Positions 1 through 9,178 of a stretch of DNA of 64,000 nt are shown here, piece by piece. The stretch lies in assembly GCA_046314355.1 (NCBI GenBank), contig JBKBWQ010000001.1, forward strand, positions 448,001-512,000, given 5' to 3'. The stretch is from Candidatus Altimarinota bacterium (GTDB taxonomy: Bacteria > Patescibacteriota > Gracilibacteria > 1-14-2-50-48-13). The position numbers and the translations under genes are program-made. The notes under the pieces were generated by a model. The model saw only the letters and a program-made list of their open reading frames with translations. It was not told where the DNA came from and did not search any database. Numbering within the stretch: the first letter of the stretch is position 1; the number at the start of each line of letters is the position of its first letter.

Positions 1-2
1 AT

Positions 3-365
3 GCATTTAAGACTCTCAACCGCGTGTGTAGAGTAGAGACCTTTTCAAATGCGAAGGATGCATTTGAAGCGATCTTAGTAAATACGCCAGACACAGTGAT
101 CACTGATCAGCGTATGCCGGGAATGAAAGGTACAGACCTTGTAAATGCAATACTGGAATCAGATCAGATTATTTCCAAACCCAAAATCATTCTTCTAAGC
201 GGTGATACTAACCTCAAAGAAATATCAGATCTTCGTAAAGCGAAACACGAGAGTGTAAAAGCTATTTTAGATAAAACTGGTCACAGAGAACAAACCTATG
301 AAATGCTTAATATAGTCTTTGATATCCAAAATAAGAAAATCAAGCCTGTACATCGGAGAATGTAA
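3..365 (+). CDS. Response regulator receiver (CheY-like) protein, 5'-truncated
   Basis: VITDQRMPGMKG phosphoacceptor motif and ILLSG; the frame is open to the window start. Confidence 0.8.
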   Translation, partial: AFKTLNRVCRVETFSNAKDAFEAILVNTPDTVITDQRMPGMKGTDLVNAILESDQIISKPKIILLSGDTNLKEISDLRKAKHESVKAILDKTGHREQTYEMLNIVFDIQNKKIKPVHRRM

Positions 366-368
366 AAT

Positions 369-399
369 AAAAGCACCGCATTAGACGCGGTGCTTTTTT
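369..399. terminator. Bidirectional intrinsic terminator
   Basis: AAAAGCACCGC-7 nt loop-GCGGTGCTTTT between convergent genes. Confidence 0.85.
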
Positions 400-400
400 A

Positions 401-1063
401 TTAATGTGTTATTGAAGCTTCAGAAAAGGCTATTTCATAATACCTCTCCATCAAGTTTTCAATCACTTGGTTCATTTCTTCTACGTGTTTATTTTTTTGC
501 GACTCCTTAACTTGATAGACCACCATTGAAATGTTAGAAAAAGTAGAAAGAGTTTTAGTTAACTCCATACTATTTTTTCTCGCTTCTTCCTTTGATTTTA
601 GATACATTCTAACTTCTAAGAACAGATATTCTTCCTTTGAACAGAAGTCCTCGATAGTCATATTCTTTTCCTTTAATATATTTTTTATATAATTTAAAGA
701 AAAAAACTTACTCTTCGCGGTATGCTCTAACTGCACTGCACCGCGCTTTTTCAAATTCTGGATATGAGCCAAAAAATCTGTTTTTTTAATGCGTTTATTT
801 TCATAAACAACTGTCTCACGTTGTGCCGCCCATTCTCTTGCATAATTGAGCTGCTCCTGCAGCATGATGAGAGGAGTAAAAACATCCAAATATTTGACGC
901 TTAACTCTTCCATAATGCTGTTTTTTACTTCCTCAGAACAATCTGACATTGGAAGTAACTTATGCTCAAACCAGCTTCGGGTAGATATATTTAAATGTGT
1001 ATATATCTCTCTTATATCCGCATCTTTGAGCATATTATCAACCCTTATCTTGTGGCTTTTCAT
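401..1063 (-). CDS. Hypothetical helical protein
   Basis: 220-aa ORF; AAGGAG lies 8 nt before the ATG at 1063. Confidence 0.7.
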   Translation of the reverse strand: MKSHKIRVDNMLKDADIREIYTHLNISTRSWFEHKLLPMSDCSEEVKNSIMEELSVKYLDVFTPLIMLQEQLNYAREWAAQRETVVYENKRIKKTDFLAHIQNLKKRGAVQLEHTAKSKFFSLNYIKNILKEKNMTIEDFCSKEEYLFLEVRMYLKSKEEARKNSMELTKTLSTFSNISMVVYQVKESQKNKHVEEMNQVIENLMERYYEIAFSEASITH

Positions 1064-1100
1064 ATGTATCACTCCTTCTTATATTTTTATTTACCAAAAA

Positions 1101-1128
1101 AATCTACTCTAACAAAAAAGATTGTCAA
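1101..1128 (-). promoter_or_regulatory. Sigma70-type promoter
   Basis: TTGACA-16 nt-TAGATT upstream of 401..1063. Confidence 0.55.
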
Positions 1129-1162
1129 TATTCAACAATCTTAAAACCCATCAATGTTTAAG

Positions 1163-1804
1163 CTATTTTCCAGATCTAATAATATTCTTATTCCCTACCG
1201 TAGTAGCAAGAATCGCAGCTTTTCTCGTGAGGTTCTGAAAAGGAAGGATCATTTTTTTCTTCACAGGCAGGATCTTATGATTATCTGGGATAGGCTGCAC
1301 AAAAATAGTGCGAAGTTTCGTATCATCTGTCTCATCAGGCAGACCACCGCCATCAGTATTCGGGTTATCACCTATCATACACGTAGTAGTATAGTCAAGC
1401 CCCACATCGTTACACGCATGCCTGAATCCCTCCTTATAAGGTTTCGCTAATTTTCCTTCGTAGGATCTGATACCCATTTCTTTCAAGATATTGAGTCTCG
1501 GCATACCATGACAATTAGAATAGATCCCAATCTTAAAGTACTCCAAAAGCTTTTTTATATGTGCTAAGTTCTCAGGAAGTATCTCATCATATGCAGGAGC
1601 AATACAGGCATCCACATCAAGCAGTAGTCCAGTTACAGCCCGATTCGTTTTTTTCTCAATGATACGGATAAGATCTCTATTAATATGGGTAAATTTGTCC
1701 ATATATGCATCAGCTTTTCGTGTACCTCCGGTCACCACTTTCATAAAATGCATCATCTTTGTGGGATCAATCCCCTCTCTGCCCTGCGGATAATATCTGT
1801 CCAT
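1163..1804 (-). CDS. HAD-superfamily phosphatase, YqeG-like (subfamily IIIA)
   Basis: LLLDVDACI (motif I), YSN, AKP and MIGDNPNTD motifs. Confidence 0.8.
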   Translation of the reverse strand: MDRYYPQGREGIDPTKMMHFMKVVTGGTRKADAYMDKFTHINRDLIRIIEKKTNRAVTGLLLDVDACIAPAYDEILPENLAHIKKLLEYFKIGIYSNCHGMPRLNILKEMGIRSYEGKLAKPYKEGFRHACNDVGLDYTTTCMIGDNPNTDGGGLPDETDDTKLRTIFVQPIPDNHKILPVKKKMILPFQNLTRKAAILATTVGNKNIIRSGK

Positions 1805-1903
1805 AAAAGTTCGATTAAATTATCTGCAGTGTGCAAAAAACACGCAAGAATTGCAAGAGCAACATGTAAAAAAAGTATTACGGATAACCGTAATACTTTT
1901 CTA

Positions 1904-2308
1904 TCATAACTCTTTTCTTAGTAGGCTTATTCGATGATTTGCCTCATCAATAAGCTGCTGCTGCTCCCGACTTAAAGATTCAAGTAAGTCTGCATTCGAA
2001 ACATGAGTAGTTATTTGTTCCTTTTTTTGTGTCTTAGTAATGTCCGTAAAATTTTTACTCTCATCCATGAGAATAGTCATATTTACCTGACTATCATCAA
2101 TCTCTATGTAGAATCGTCGTGCATCTACCTCAAGGACAATGTTTTGTTCTCCGATTCTCTTATTGAGCGTCGTAGAGATATCATTAGGCTGACCTTGTTC
2201 TATAACCTTCTCATATAGAATCTGGCTGTCTGATGGTCTTTGTACCAGCAGCAAGATAACCAATAACACTATAAGACCGGCAATAGCAGCCAGATTTTTA
2301 TTTTTCAT
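1904..2308 (-). CDS. Hypothetical N-terminally membrane-anchored protein
   Basis: Basic N-terminus plus hydrophobic helix; AAGGAGG SD; TTGACA-16-TATTTT at 2366..2339. Confidence 0.7.
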   Translation of the reverse strand: MKNKNLAAIAGLIVLLVILLLVQRPSDSQILYEKVIEQGQPNDISTTLNKRIGEQNIVLEVDARRFYIEIDDSQVNMTILMDESKNFTDITKTQKKEQITTHVSNADLLESLSREQQQLIDEANHRISLLRKEL

Positions 2309-2425
2309 TTTCCTTCCTCCTTAATTTTTATTTTCCACAAAATAATCCATAAATTATTTTTGTCAAGTTTGTAACCATTTTTAAACATGCCCGTTATACT
2401 GTATATACATCATTTTTAAACTCTT

Positions 2426-3196
2426 ATGCAGAACATTCTCCCGATACTCCTTCTCGTAGTACTTCTCTTTTCTTCCTGCAGTACTACAGTTACTGTCTCA
2501 AATCAGAATAGCTCAGTAAGTCCTATCATACAAAACTCCAATAACTCTGAACCAATATTACAGAATGTTCAGAATCAGAATGCCACTACACAGAGTCAAA
2601 TAGCAACTACTATAAATAAAGGTTCTATCGGTCTCCAATCAGACAAAGATACATGTAGCTTAAAAGTACTACAAGGTACGAATGTTGTACTCCCAGATCT
2701 TGTAAACGTAATAAAAAAATCTATCCCTGACGCTAAAGTCGGAAAAGTTGATGATCTCTGCTATGACGCATTTACCTTCCAGCAGATTTTAGATACTGAT
2801 CATATATTGATGCAGCTTCCAGGAGACGGACGCGAGCATCCTTCTTTTGGAAAGATCTATGTACTTACACTTGCAGATCAAAAGCTCCTGCCGCTTGAGT
2901 ACTTCAACAAGAAATATACTAGCAAATACGCAAGCATGAGCGTCTCCACTGATGGCAAAAGAGCTCTCTTTGTGCAGAAGGATGCTCCTAAGGATCTTGT
3001 CATGTTTAGATTTGATCAGAACAAAGATACCGTTATTAAAACACTGCGCGGTAATGAAACATGGGATGGCACAGAGTTCTGGTCTGATGTGACTCTTACA
3101 GTTGATTGGTTAAGCGAAAAACAAGTTGAGGTTACAGTCTATAAAGATAATAATGAAAGAAAGGAACTCAGAAAAGAAAAAGTTACTCTAGAATAA
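2426..3196 (+). CDS. Putative lipoprotein with beta-rich C-terminal domain
   Basis: Signal peptide ending LFSSC; Q/N/S-rich linker; SVSTDGKRALF propeller-like motif. Confidence 0.7.
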   Translation: MQNILPILLLVVLLFSSCSTTVTVSNQNSSVSPIIQNSNNSEPILQNVQNQNATTQSQIATTINKGSIGLQSDKDTCSLKVLQGTNVVLPDLVNVIKKSIPDAKVGKVDDLCYDAFTFQQILDTDHILMQLPGDGREHPSFGKIYVLTLADQKLLPLEYFNKKYTSKYASMSVSTDGKRALFVQKDAPKDLVMFRFDQNKDTVIKTLRGNETWDGTEFWSDVTLTVDWLSEKQVEVTVYKDNNERKELRKEKVTLE

Positions 3197-3311
3197 AAGC
3201 ATTCAGGATGAGAATCCAGTACAGGTATGTAGAATTATAATTCTTGTTCTTGTCCTATTCCCACTAAAAGGACATAGTTTTCTACTAATTTTAAATATAT
3301 TATAAAATATA

Positions 3312-3339
3312 TTGACATTATGTAAAATAAGATTAGAAT
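3312..3339 (+). promoter_or_regulatory. Sigma70-type promoter
   Basis: TTGACA-16 nt-TAGAAT. Confidence 0.65.
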
Positions 3340-3346
3340 CCCCTCG

Positions 3347-3455
3347 CTTTCTTCATTTGAGAATCATTTCAGATAGGTCGAGTGCTTACAAATATTGTAG
3401 GTAGTCTACCTATCTGAAATGATAGGAAAATATATTGATCATTCTCAGAAGGAGA
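3347..3455 (+). promoter_or_regulatory. Structured 5' leader that could sequester the RBS
   Basis: Perfect 16-bp inverted repeat 3363-3378/3408-3423, an inner stem, and outer pairing onto AAGGAG. Confidence 0.5.
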
Positions 3456-3464
3456 AAAATCCCC

Positions 3465-4130
3465 ATGGTACGCTCACAAAATCTGATTTCCAAATCAGTT
3501 TTAGCATTCAAAAAAGTAGGAATTAGTTTAGGTATCTGTTTAGTCTTTGTTTCAACACCTGGATGCAGCAGCAACCCAAACATTCCTGCAGCACCTACAA
3601 TGAATGTGGTTACACCGCATTCATCAGATTCTGCTTTCATTGTTAAACCCGGCATTCAAAATGCCGTGGCACAGACAACAGAGTTATCTGGACAGGTAGT
3701 CTGGCCGGAAAAAGAAGAGGCATCTAGCTCTCCTATTCCAAACCCTAGTCCAACAGCAAGTCCAACTGCTGTTGCTAGTACACCATTGTCTGTTCATGTT
3801 TCAGGAAACGGCGGAGGCGGAGGAAATTATATACCTTCACCCTCTCCATCTCCTTCCGCCATTAATAAGGAGTGTCCTTACTTAAACCGGCCGGAGTTTC
3901 AATACTCAGGACTCCCCTGTGTAAAGAACGGAATTGTAAACAAGAATGACAGTAGTTCCTCGAACTACAATGAGTACAAAGCTTACAATGAAAAAGGAGA
4001 AATGGTCTTTTATGACCGCAGCAACAGCGGCTCAAACAACTCTAATATAACCATTACTTCTGGTTATAGCGGAGAATACGGAAGTTATTTAAAACAAAAA
4101 GAGGAAGAAAAGAAAAAAGCTCAGAGTTAA
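3465..4130 (+). CDS. Putative lipoprotein, Pro/Ser-rich
   Basis: ATG after AAGGAG; hydrophobic stretch ending STPGC; PSP linkers. Confidence 0.65.
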   Translation: MVRSQNLISKSVLAFKKVGISLGICLVFVSTPGCSSNPNIPAAPTMNVVTPHSSDSAFIVKPGIQNAVAQTTELSGQVVWPEKEEASSSPIPNPSPTASPTAVASTPLSVHVSGNGGGGGNYIPSPSPSPSAINKECPYLNRPEFQYSGLPCVKNGIVNKNDSSSSNYNEYKAYNEKGEMVFYDRSNSGSNNSNITITSGYSGEYGSYLKQKEEEKKKAQS

Positions 4131-4172
4131 ATTTTAAAATTTGAATTAAGAGTTTTCTTTTTAATCACCTAT

Positions 4173-4204
4173 GACCTTCATGTAACAATGAGGGTCTTTT
4201 TTTT
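4173..4204 (+). terminator. Intrinsic terminator
   Basis: GACCTTCAT/ATGAGGGTC stem followed by T8. Confidence 0.7.
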
Positions 4205-4241
4205 ATCAAACTTTAAAGCAAGAAAATAAATTTCTAATTCC

Positions 4242-4264
4242 TAATTCCTATCCCTAATCCTCAA
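4242..4264. repeat. Left arm of hexamer-based inverted repeat flanking the four-helix-bundle gene
   Basis: TAATTCCTATCCCTAATCCTCAA matches the reverse complement of 4724-4746 at 21/23 positions. Confidence 0.75.
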
Positions 4265-4370
4265 CACATCCCGTCTGTGTTGTAGAATTTTTACAACACT
4301 TTCGTAAATAAAGAATTAACACTCTTAGACATAAAAGTTACGATGGGTATTATTCAGTAACTGATAGTTT

Positions 4371-4727
4371 ATGTTTGATTTTGAGAGATTCCCAGTTTAT
4401 CAAAAAGCTGAAGTATACTACACGGATATTTTACAAATTTTATTACAACCAAGAATTGATAAAAATCTTAAGAGTCAACTCAGACGGGCATCACTAAGCA
4501 TTGTGCTAAATATTGCAGAAGGGTCTGGAAAGTTTACAAAAAATGATAAAAAGAATTTTTATATAATTGCAAAGGGATCAGTAAATGAATGCATTGCTAT
4601 CTTAAGGATCCTCTTAATAGAAAAACATGTTAGACAATCTACATATAATAACCTGTATGAAAAACTTACAGTATTGGCAAAAATGTTATCAGGACTTATC
4701 AATACAATGACTGAAAGAAAGAATTGA
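4371..4727 (+). CDS. Four helix bundle protein (23S rRNA IVP / Avd-like fold)
   Basis: FERFPVYQKA...QLRRASLSIVLNIAEG...FYIIAKGSVNEC signature. Confidence 0.9.
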   Translation: MFDFERFPVYQKAEVYYTDILQILLQPRIDKNLKSQLRRASLSIVLNIAEGSGKFTKNDKKNFYIIAKGSVNECIAILRILLIEKHVRQSTYNNLYEKLTVLAKMLSGLINTMTERKN

Positions 4728-4796
4728 GGATGAGGGATAAGAATTAAGGATAGGGGTTCCATAATTCTCATCCTCATCCCTTATCCTTAATTCTTT
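4718..4796. repeat. Hexamer-repeat hairpin (AGGATR-type units and their complement)
   Basis: Overlaps the stop codons of both convergent genes; a 15-mer (4735-4749) is identical to 21043-21057. Confidence 0.75.
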
Positions 4797-6516
4797 TGAT
4801 CATATACTCCCCTTCCAGCTCATACCCCCACTTCCTAAAATACTCTCTCACACCAATCCCCGATATCACCGCCATCTTAAATAGTCTATCAGAATACTTC
4901 TCTCGTACAATCTCCTCGGCTTTCTCTATCATTCTTCGTCCAAAGCCTTGATGCTGTGCAGACTCTCCTGTCCCGCCTATCTGCAGCTGAGCTCCGTAGG
5001 TATGTATCTCACGGATGAGGGCTGCTCCTTGAAGTACTTTCATCCAGTGTTTCTTCTTCTCAAAATATTGAGATGGGATTCGCAGTCTAAGAAATGACAG
5101 AATAAGATCCTGTCTTGTATCCTCAAAACTTATAAAATATTCCTTTCCATCTGAGGCATCGTATTCTCGAACTATCATCTCTACATCCTCAAGCACGACT
5201 ACCTGATCCCGCACTTCTCTTGCCCGGATATCTCTGCAGACTTTACCTTCCTTCTTTAGCTGTGCCTCTGCCACCTGACGCAGATTTGAAGTCTTAGTAC
5301 CTGCAAGAATATCCGTCGCAGGTATATCACGTATGAATCTGATCAGTCGCATATGCTCCGGGATCATTGGAAGCACTTCCATAGAGAGCTTCAAAAAATC
5401 CTCATCCTCCATTGGCTTAAATTCCCCGCTTCTCCAAAGCTTCGTAAGTTCACTATATTCAGTGACTACACATGGATAGAACTTCAGCTGATCAGGCTGG
5501 TATTCCTGCTTTGTAAGAATATCCCGGAACATATCCACATCCTTTTCAAAGGTTGTACCCCAAAGTCCCGGCATCATATGATACGTAAATTTAAATCCTG
5601 CATCCTTCATAAGCTTTGTAGCACGGATCACGTGACCTGCTAAGTGCCCTCTCTTATTTTTCATAAGCACGTCATTGTGCGTGTGCTGTACTCCTATCTC
5701 CAAGCGTGTAGCTCCAAGCCATCTAAGACGTTTAAGTTCTTTTTTATTAATCCAGTCTGGTCTTGTCTCAAGTGTAAGACCTACACACCGTACGTCTGCA
5801 GTTTCGTTGAGTTTATGCGCATCTTTCAGCGTGGAGGAAAGATTAAGTCTCTTTTTATCAATAGGTCCAAACTTCGCGTACTTAAACTTTGATCTTTCTT
5901 CAAGCTCAAGTTTTTCCTTCGCGATGGAGAAAGAATTCATGGCATTAAATGCACCCTTCAAGAAACTTACCTGATAATGTTTTGGATAAGAAGAAAAAGT
6001 CCCTCCCTGTACTATGAGTTCAATCTTATCAGTATTATGTCCCGTCACCTCAAAGGCACGGAGACGGTTATGTACCTGCTTATATGGATCAAACTGATTA
6101 AGTACCGCTCTCATCATTCCCGGCTCAGTAGAGAGATAGCTCTTCGGCATATTTTTCTCCGTAGGACAGAATACACATTCTCCAGGACACCCAAAATCCT
6201 TTGTAAAAATAGAGAGCGGAGCAATACCTGAAAGAGTACGGATACTTCGTTTCTGAATAAGCGCAAAGAACTGCGGATGCGCTTCAATCTTTCCTTCATC
6301 TAAAAGATCTCTATACGCTTTGATGAGATCCAGATTCAAAAGAGCTGGGATAGCAAATTTTGAACTATACTTATTCTTTAATTTTTGAATAGCGAGAATA
6401 GAAAAGGATTTCTTCTCGAGAGCTTCTAGGACAAAAAGTTCAGGGATGGATTGCTGCACAGGTTTTTCATAATAATCTAGCCTTGAGAGTATAGGGAGAA
6501 AATAGTCATAATGCAA
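4774..6516 (-). CDS. elp3: Elongator Elp3-family radical SAM/acetyltransferase (tRNA U34 modification)
   Basis: RTLSGIAP, CPGECVFCP, ETRPD, IREIHTYG, QHQGFG and ISGIGVREY motifs; the true start may be GTG at 6459. Confidence 0.9.
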   Translation of the reverse strand: MHYDYFLPILSRLDYYEKPVQQSIPELFVLEALEKKSFSILAIQKLKNKYSSKFAIPALLNLDLIKAYRDLLDEGKIEAHPQFFALIQKRSIRTLSGIAPLSIFTKDFGCPGECVFCPTEKNMPKSYLSTEPGMMRAVLNQFDPYKQVHNRLRAFEVTGHNTDKIELIVQGGTFSSYPKHYQVSFLKGAFNAMNSFSIAKEKLELEERSKFKYAKFGPIDKKRLNLSSTLKDAHKLNETADVRCVGLTLETRPDWINKKELKRLRWLGATRLEIGVQHTHNDVLMKNKRGHLAGHVIRATKLMKDAGFKFTYHMMPGLWGTTFEKDVDMFRDILTKQEYQPDQLKFYPCVVTEYSELTKLWRSGEFKPMEDEDFLKLSMEVLPMIPEHMRLIRFIRDIPATDILAGTKTSNLRQVAEAQLKKEGKVCRDIRAREVRDQVVVLEDVEMIVREYDASDGKEYFISFEDTRQDLILSFLRLRIPSQYFEKKKHWMKVLQGAALIREIHTYGAQLQIGGTGESAQHQGFGRRMIEKAEEIVREKYSDRLFKMAVISGIGVREYFRKWGYELEGEYMIKRIKDKG

Positions 6517-6632
6517 TATTCAATAAATCAGGACTATTTTTATTGACATCCTATAAAAAATGTATATTTTTGACATACGAACAATATTGTTTTACAATAT
6601 TATGATTTCTTCTCAATTCTATTCTTACACTT

Positions 6633-9113
6633 ATGGCTATATCAAAACTGAACTTAGATAAAACTCCGGAATCACCAAAACAATTAAATGTAGAATTATA
6701 TGTAGAATCAATAGAGCAGTTAGATGCATCGGTTGAAATGGCCATCACAAAACTTCAAGAAGAAGTAAAAACCATTAAAGAAAGTGATAAAATCACCGAA
6801 CAAGAGAGAGAATCCGCTCTCAAAGGATACAATATTAGAAATTTTTTGAATGATGAAATTACTAATGCTATACATTATTCTCTTACTAAAGAGAAAGGGA
6901 TTAAAATAGAGAAAGATACTATAAAACAGCATATTTCAATACTTATGCAGCCTCTTTTATCCGTATATGCTCCTTTAGTAAAACAAATCGAAGAAGAGAT
7001 TACTGAGACAAAAACAATAGCAGAAAATCCGGTTGATGATGATGCTGAAGAAATAGAGGTAAAAGAAATATTTAATATATTTGGACATTTAGAACAAATC
7101 CCAGGTAGAAGTGAAGAATATCTCGATAAATCAAAAAATAAAGCTTATACGCTTGCACAGGCTCAACTTGCCCTAGATTCAAAACTACTTGTTGAACAAT
7201 GTAAGGAGGAGCTAGCAGAGATTTGGAGAAAAAATGAATTTGCCGACCCTAAAATGAAGCTTCATTGGGTGAGATTACTCAAAAAATTAGCTTCAGCTTT
7301 ATGTTTTGTGGCATCTACAAAATTCTCCTTTAGTTCAATGGATTCATTCCTTCAAGGACATGATATCAACGGCTACTTTGGCAGTCATTCAAACGTCAGA
7401 CATATTATTGACCTGACAGTTGCTTTAGGAATGTCTTCTACCATTCTTGGTTTTAAGAACAGAATCTTAGATAAAATTGGTGATACTCAATCCGTTAGAA
7501 AAGGAATCTCAACTGCATATAAGAGACATAGAAAAGCATTTCTTTTAGGTGCAATAGTAAGTGCTACATCACTTACATCAAACGGAATTGGAATCTTACG
7601 CGACACCTATGAAGGATCTGAGAGACAAGCACAGATAGATAGTGTAAATGCAAAGATTGAAGCCGCAACTACAACATTTAACAATCAAAAATCAAAGCTT
7701 GAAAAGATTCCTTCCCTTATAGAAAAAGCTGGAAACACAATTGTTACAAAAGAAGAAGCTGGTTCATCTACGAGTAAAGCTGCAGGTAAAGGAATAGGAT
7801 GGGCATCTAAGGCTGCGACCTTTAGTGGTTCCGCTGAACCGTTTAATCAAATTGGAAATCCAAATGCTAAGGGACTAAAGAGCTATCTACAATCACAGGG
7901 AGCGATCAATAATCAAAGCCCGCGTGCCCGCGTGCAGAAACTACTTAGCACATCCTTTGATTTCGAAGCACAGAATAAAAATATATCTTTCACTAATGGT
8001 CTTAAGGAAATCAAGAAAATACAGAAAGGTATCTCTCCAGAGATGACTCTTGTACAAATCAATGGAGAATTCAAGAAGATAATACCCCTCCTAAAGTCCA
8101 TGGATGCTGCCTTTACGGAAGATACTGGGCTTATCAATAACGAGATTGAAAGATTAAATGAGATTCTTTTACACATTGATACAATCAATGCAGCTAAAAA
8201 TGCCGATAAATCTCTTATTTCAAAAATGGAAGTAGATGTAAAACCAGTAGATATTTCAGCTATTCAAGCAGAACTTAATAAGGCAAAAGTAGGAATTAAA
8301 AGTATCCCTGAGATCTATAAATTCATCAAACAGCAGATCAAATTAAGCAACCCTTCAACAAAAGAAAGTGAAGCCGCAGCCGCAGCTATTACTCAAATGC
8401 TTGCTCTTATATTATTGGTCATTCTCATCGACTTAGGAGATACAGTAATATATGGACTATTAGGAGTAAAAAAAGCTATAGCACGCGATGATAAGGCTGC
8501 TATTGGCAGCATCGATCTCGCTGAACGAGCAAATCAGAAATATACAATTATCAGTAAATTGCACAAACTCTTAAACTCTAAAGAGGTGAATACATTTTTT
8601 CCTCATGCAGAACCAATCAGTAGAGATGTAGTTGAGACAATATTGGATGACTTTATTTCAAGAAATAATATGTATATGCTCCGTTCTGAGGACGAGATTC
8701 CTGAGAAAACAAAAGGAGTAGCCAATTATATGAAGCAAATTAACAAGGCATTATTAGTCCCTCGTAAATCAGAACTCCAAGTACTTCGAGCTGAAAAAGT
8801 TGAGGTGGAAAAAGCACTTACGAATAAAAATATGGTTCTTGAATTACTTGAGAAATTCCTTCCAGGTATCAATAAACTGTATGAAACAACTGATCCTTCA
8901 GCAGTTTCTTTCGCAGACACTCAGAAAAAATATTCCGATGGGAAAAAGAAACTTGATATTACAGCTGAACAGCTTCAAAAAGATAAAGATCTTATCAAGA
9001 AGCAGCGAAAAGAAAGAGAAAAGATCAATAATAACCCTTATGAGGAAGAAAAACCCGTAGGTAAATGGCAGAAATTTATGAAGCGAGTTCTTGATGGTAA
9101 GAAAAAGAAATAG
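6633..9113 (+). CDS. Membrane coiled-coil protein, DUF4407-like
   Basis: Several hydrophobic segments, coiled coils, EEAG...AGKGIG motif and C-terminal ILLVILIDL helix; two upstream TTGACA promoters at 6543 and 6570. Confidence 0.55.
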   Translation: MAISKLNLDKTPESPKQLNVELYVESIEQLDASVEMAITKLQEEVKTIKESDKITEQERESALKGYNIRNFLNDEITNAIHYSLTKEKGIKIEKDTIKQHISILMQPLLSVYAPLVKQIEEEITETKTIAENPVDDDAEEIEVKEIFNIFGHLEQIPGRSEEYLDKSKNKAYTLAQAQLALDSKLLVEQCKEELAEIWRKNEFADPKMKLHWVRLLKKLASALCFVASTKFSFSSMDSFLQGHDINGYFGSHSNVRHIIDLTVALGMSSTILGFKNRILDKIGDTQSVRKGISTAYKRHRKAFLLGAIVSATSLTSNGIGILRDTYEGSERQAQIDSVNAKIEAATTTFNNQKSKLEKIPSLIEKAGNTIVTKEEAGSSTSKAAGKGIGWASKAATFSGSAEPFNQIGNPNAKGLKSYLQSQGAINNQSPRARVQKLLSTSFDFEAQNKNISFTNGLKEIKKIQKGISPEMTLVQINGEFKKIIPLLKSMDAAFTEDTGLINNEIERLNEILLHIDTINAAKNADKSLISKMEVDVKPVDISAIQAELNKAKVGIKSIPEIYKFIKQQIKLSNPSTKESEAAAAAITQMLALILLVILIDLGDTVIYGLLGVKKAIARDDKAAIGSIDLAERANQKYTIISKLHKLLNSKEVNTFFPHAEPISRDVVETILDDFISRNNMYMLRSEDEIPEKTKGVANYMKQINKALLVPRKSELQVLRAEKVEVEKALTNKNMVLELLEKFLPGINKLYETTDPSAVSFADTQKKYSDGKKKLDITAEQLQKDKDLIKKQRKEREKINNNPYEEEKPVGKWQKFMKRVLDGKKKK

Positions 9114-9178
9114 TAGAACGTTGCGCTATAGCGAGATCTGATATAAAATGATTAGAAGCATTATTTTAAAGTGATGTC

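Noticed and set aside
4371-4727. DGR or 23S rRNA intervening sequence
   Set aside because: No reverse transcriptase, TR/VR pair or rRNA sequence was seen in the window.
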